Source: Oligoflexia bacterium
GTDB lineage: Bacteria; Bdellovibrionota; UBA1018
Reading direction: 5' to 3'
Assembly: GCA_043732485.1 (NCBI GenBank)
Contig: JAYTHP010000177.1
Location: 1 to 10,640 of the forward strand
DNA: 10,640 nucleotides
Shown: piece after piece, positions 7,442-10,640 of the stretch
How positions within the stretch are numbered: the first letter of the stretch is position 1
Layout: each line of letters starts with the position of its first letter
Position numbers and translations under genes: made by a program
Notes under the pieces: generated by a model
What the model saw: the letters and a program-made list of their open reading frames with translations, nothing else
Databases searched by the model: none
Told to the model about the DNA's origin: nothing

Positions 7442-8080
7442 TCACTGCCAGTCTTTGGTCACTAAGTTATTGGGTAAAATACCGGCCTCTTGCAAGGCCT
7501 TGGCAGCCCGTTCACTCTTGGTTCGCATCCAGAGTTCGTACATTCTGAGCAAATCCCGCTCGCTGCGGCCCGAGGTCTGATCAGAAACCACAGCCAGGAC
7601 TTCCACAAAATCGCCAAATTTTGCGGCAAGCTCCGCGTAGAGTTGCCGCAGCCCCTGAGCCTCCATGCGTGCGGCGACGTTTTGATAGGCGCTCTCCCCC
7701 ATATCGATGTAATAATCGACATCCACCGCCTTGCGCTTCAAACTGTCTTGAAAAAAGCCTGCCTTATACAGCGAAACATCGCCGATCCGACGAAACAGTG
7801 AGGCTTGCAACTGAGCTTGCCGCGCCTCAAGCGCCTCTTTGAGCATCAACGCCAGAGGCTCCTCTTTTGCCACCCCTTCTGGGCCCCGCCGCTCGTAAAG
7901 ATGATCGGCGATCATAAATTGATTGAGCAAATTGACCAAATAAACCTCTGCCTCAGGCAGCGTGGTCAGTTTCTGCAGGTGGAGGGCACTTAACACCAAC
8001 TCATGAAAGTAGCCTTGCGCTTGGGCCACAAGCGTTAAAGTTCGGTTTTCATTACCTTTTTTTGGATCCAGCTTCGTCAT
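7442..8080 (-). CDS. Conserved hypothetical all-alpha protein
   Basis: 212 aa. Blocks YLVNLL, RRIGDVSLYKAGFFQDSL, VDVDYYIDMGESAY, LYAELAAKF and LLRMYELWMRTKS resemble an uncharacterised family I recall from Proteobacteria/Myxococcota. GAGAGGGG upstream of ATG 8080. Confidence 0.85.
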   Translation of the reverse strand: MTKLDPKKGNENRTLTLVAQAQGYFHELVLSALHLQKLTTLPEAEVYLVNLLNQFMIADHLYERRGPEGVAKEEPLALMLKEALEARQAQLQASLFRRIGDVSLYKAGFFQDSLKRKAVDVDYYIDMGESAYQNVAARMEAQGLRQLYAELAAKFGDFVEVLAVVSDQTSGRSERDLLRMYELWMRTKSERAAKALQEAGILPNNLVTKDWQ

Positions 8081-8197
8081 GCACTTACCCCTCTCCCACA
8101 GCCCTACAAGGCACACACTGTTTTCTCATCCCCTGCGTTTGCAGGCCCCGCCGCACCTTCAAAGTCCCCTCGCTCCGCCTGATCCCGGGGCTCGCAT

Positions 8198-8394
8198 CCC
8201 CCCCCCTACACCCTACTCCTTCTATTGTACTGAGAGTTGTTGCAGGATTCAAGTCACCCCCCCCCCCCGGGGGCCTTCCTTGCGCGCTCAAGCGTCCGGT
8301 TTCGCACTTTCTTTCTCGCTTTCTATAGATGATAACAAAATCAATAGTCTTCAATCCTTGCACGCTAGAGTCTAGCCCGCGCTCAACCCCCCCC
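8198..8394. repeat. Cluster of C/G homopolymer tracts (C9, C12 followed by G5, C8)
   Basis: C9 at 8198-8206, C12 at 8257-8268, G5 at 8269-8273, C8 at 8387-8394. Confidence 0.9.
8224..8252 (-). promoter_or_regulatory. Sigma70-type promoter for the 7442-8080 gene
   Basis: TTGAAT (8252-8247), exactly 17 nt, TACAAT (8229-8224), pointing toward the gene. Confidence 0.7.
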
Positions 8395-8612
8395 TCTCTT
8401 TGCCCGCAAGTGGGTTTGACAAAAAAGGCGTTTCTGGGGAGTTTATGAGGAGTCGATAAAGAAGAGACGCTATCCTTTGACACGCGCATCGTCCCGGGCC
8501 AATCGCCTTAAGCCATTCGTCTGAACCACAGGTAAAACCAGGCGCGGGGTGACTTCGCTGTCAGCTTCCTCTTTTTTCATTCCCCTTTGCCAATCCCTGG
8601 TCTTTTACAGGG

Positions 8613-8641
8613 TTGTTTGAGAGGAAAAAAAGAACTAGACT
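8613..8641 (+). promoter_or_regulatory. Candidate sigma70 promoter for the MarC gene
   Basis: TTGTTT (8613-8618), 17 nt containing an A7 run, TAGACT (8636-8641). Confidence 0.4.
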
Positions 8642-8754
8642 GAAAAAAAAGAGCTCGTCAAGAGGACGCTTAACCCCCTGCTCTAGTTGCGCCCTCGCAA
8701 GACCAACATGAGACTCACACGAGACGAGACCAAACTAAGAGGCTTAGATTCATC

Positions 8755-9381
8755 ATGAACCATTCCTTCTGGGTAGCCTTCTTCCAGCTCTTTATCGCAC
8801 TTGACGTGATTGGAACGCTGCCGCTTTTCATCACCATCACGCAAAGAATCAAAAAAGAAGAGCAAACCCGCATCATCAACACCTCGATGATTGTTGCCTT
8901 AGCCGTAGCCATGCTCTTTCTTTTCCTGGGATCAGAGATTTTTCGCATCTTTCAAATTGCGCTGTTTGACTTCAAAATTGCAGGCGGCCTGATCTTACTC
9001 TTGATTGCCTTAACCGACCTCATTGGCGGCCCCGAGACCATCAGTCAGGCCTCAGGCTCAACCGGCATTGTGCCGCTTGCCGTGCCGCTGATTACCGGCC
9101 CAGGAGTGATCACCACCTTGGTGCTGCAAGTCAATACCTTAGGGTTTTATATCCCTCTTGCGGCCCTTTTTCTCAACTATGCCCTGGCCTGGCTGGTCTT
9201 TAGCTATTCGAAATTCGTCAACCGCGGCATCGGGCGCGACGGCACGCAAATCATCTCAAAATTAGCCATTCTCCTGCTTGCCACCCTGGCCATTTCGATG
9301 ATCCGGACGGGTATCTTTGAAGCCATTCAAATGACCCCAGCCACCCTGACAGCGCCGATGACTCCGACGCAAGCTCACTAA
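8755..9381 (+). CDS. marC: MarC family (UPF0056) inner membrane protein
   Basis: 208 aa and hydrophobic; LFIALDVIGTLPLF, FKIAGGLILL, IVPLAVPLITGPG and ISMIRTGI motifs. Confidence 0.93.
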   Translation: MNHSFWVAFFQLFIALDVIGTLPLFITITQRIKKEEQTRIINTSMIVALAVAMLFLFLGSEIFRIFQIALFDFKIAGGLILLLIALTDLIGGPETISQASGSTGIVPLAVPLITGPGVITTLVLQVNTLGFYIPLAALFLNYALAWLVFSYSKFVNRGIGRDGTQIISKLAILLLATLAISMIRTGIFEAIQMTPATLTAPMTPTQAH

Positions 9382-9500
9382 GCCCAGTGTCTTCCAGCTC
9401 ACGCAGGTCAACGCTTAAAAAAAGATCCGCCTTCCATTACACTCTCTGTCTCTCTTGTTTTGTATTGAAATGCCTAGACGGCAAGTGTTAAAAGCCAACC

Positions 9501-10478
9501 ATGACTCTTTTGTTCTGGGATTCGACTACAATGAGTAAAGACGCAAAACTGCGGTTTTTTAGCACCTCTTCCCGCTTGTCTGCAAACCGGCCGCACAAAA
9601 GCGGCAAGACTTCGCTAGCTTCGCTGGTTTCACTGGTTTTTACGACGGCCGTGCTCATCGGCGCACTCGGCACGGGGTGTGGCACGGGTCAAAGCGACGA
9701 TCCGAGCGCACAAAATAACTCCAGCCAAGGGTCCTCGCCCACAAGCTCACAGAAGGAGGAGACTCGCCGCGAGGAATTGCATCCACCGCAGAATGCGCAG
9801 CCTGGCAAAGGAAAAACCGCGCCCAACAGCCGCGGCAACGCTGACCACCAAAGCCAGCTTTTGAGCGCATTGCTCCAGGCCAACGCTTCCGTGGTGTTCA
9901 CCGTGATCCCAGCCCCCTCTGTTCAGACTTCAAACCCTTCAGCCCAGCCTAACGCCAGCTTAGGCTTCATCGAGATTGAACACAGTGGTGCAAGCTATGA
10001 CGCAAGCTCTTCTAATGACTTCTCTCAGAACCTCTGCCGTCTCAGAGTGGGGGCGTTTGAAGTCACCCATTGTTGTCGCAAGATGTTGCACAGCTATTGG
10101 AGCGCACTTGAGCCTGCCAAGCTCCCCCCCTTTAACGAGACCCCCACGGGCTGTCTGGCGCAACATTTCGCTGGCATGCAAGCCGACTTAAGTGCCAGCT
10201 CGCTCACCCAGCAGCTTTTTAGCCATACCCAGTTTCACTTTGAGCACCCAGAGCAAGACACCTTGACCTACACCCCGCTGCTTAAAACCCCTGGGAGAGG
10301 TTGGAGCAACCACCCCTCGCTCGTTTGGTTTTTCTCCCTGGTTCCTGGCAGCAACCACTCCCCTTTGCAGACTCCAAGCAGTGGGAGCGACTTCGAGCGC
10401 AACGACAATTTTGGCAGCTGGCGTCTCGAGCGCATTGCCGACTCACTTTCGCACCCTCCCCAGCAGCCAGCGCTTTAG
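9501..10478 (+). CDS. Hypothetical protein, probable lipoprotein
   Basis: 325-codon ORF. Hydrophobic LASLVSLVFTTAVLIGA followed by LGTG-C (Cys codon 9678-9680), an S/Q/N-rich linker, then an unrecognised domain. Start could be ATG 9531. Confidence 0.7.
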   Translation: MTLLFWDSTTMSKDAKLRFFSTSSRLSANRPHKSGKTSLASLVSLVFTTAVLIGALGTGCGTGQSDDPSAQNNSSQGSSPTSSQKEETRREELHPPQNAQPGKGKTAPNSRGNADHQSQLLSALLQANASVVFTVIPAPSVQTSNPSAQPNASLGFIEIEHSGASYDASSSNDFSQNLCRLRVGAFEVTHCCRKMLHSYWSALEPAKLPPFNETPTGCLAQHFAGMQADLSASSLTQQLFSHTQFHFEHPEQDTLTYTPLLKTPGRGWSNHPSLVWFFSLVPGSNHSPLQTPSSGSDFERNDNFGSWRLERIADSLSHPPQQPAL

Positions 10479-10640
10479 GGTTTGCAGCGCGCGCACACCA
10501 GGGGCGGCCGCAGGAATCAAAAGTCGTCGGCTAACTGCTAAGAGCCCGTTTCGCAAACCCCGAATATCATAGTTTAGCTAAAATGACGCAAGCGCAGGCT
10601 AAAAATGTCATTGCCCGATAGACCTCGGGGCGGTGAATTC

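Noticed and set aside
8417..8482. Two perfect TTGACA hexamers (plus one on the minus strand near 5264-5269)
   Set aside because: No acceptable -10 element at 16-18 nt spacing.
8085..8489. 134-aa minus ORF and overlapping + ORFs (8062-8328, 8079-8375)
   Set aside because: Low-complexity Gly/Pro runs produced by homopolymers, and they span a clear promoter; probably non-coding.
1..10640. CRISPR arrays, IS elements, prophage, inteins, oriC/DnaA-box cluster, defence systems
   Set aside because: No regularly spaced repeats, transposase/integrase motifs, DnaB insertion or TTATCCACA cluster seen.

Overview
Housekeeping region of a bacterial chromosome. Gene order and protein style suggest Bdellovibrionota or a related deltaproteobacterial lineage (inference). 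The minus strand carries rpsF-rpsR-DUF2232/YybS-rplI-dnaB, followed by a small secreted protein with one GLG1-type Cys-rich repeat. Diverging from rpsF is a stand-alone tatC, convergent with a conserved hypothetical gene that has a clear sigma70-type promoter bracketed by poly-G tracts. A MarC-family gene and an unrecognised probable lipoprotein follow. The left edge may hold the 3' end of a frameshifted gene. I see no rRNA, tRNA, CRISPR array, transposase, integrase or defence system, and I cannot support a new multi-gene system. The best leads are small-scale: long G/C homopolymers (including G11 inside dnaB), a possible two-state RNA structure before rpsR, a TatC lacking its polar TatA/TatB-binding cluster, extended S6/S18 tails, and two candidate leaderless promoters with identical geometry.
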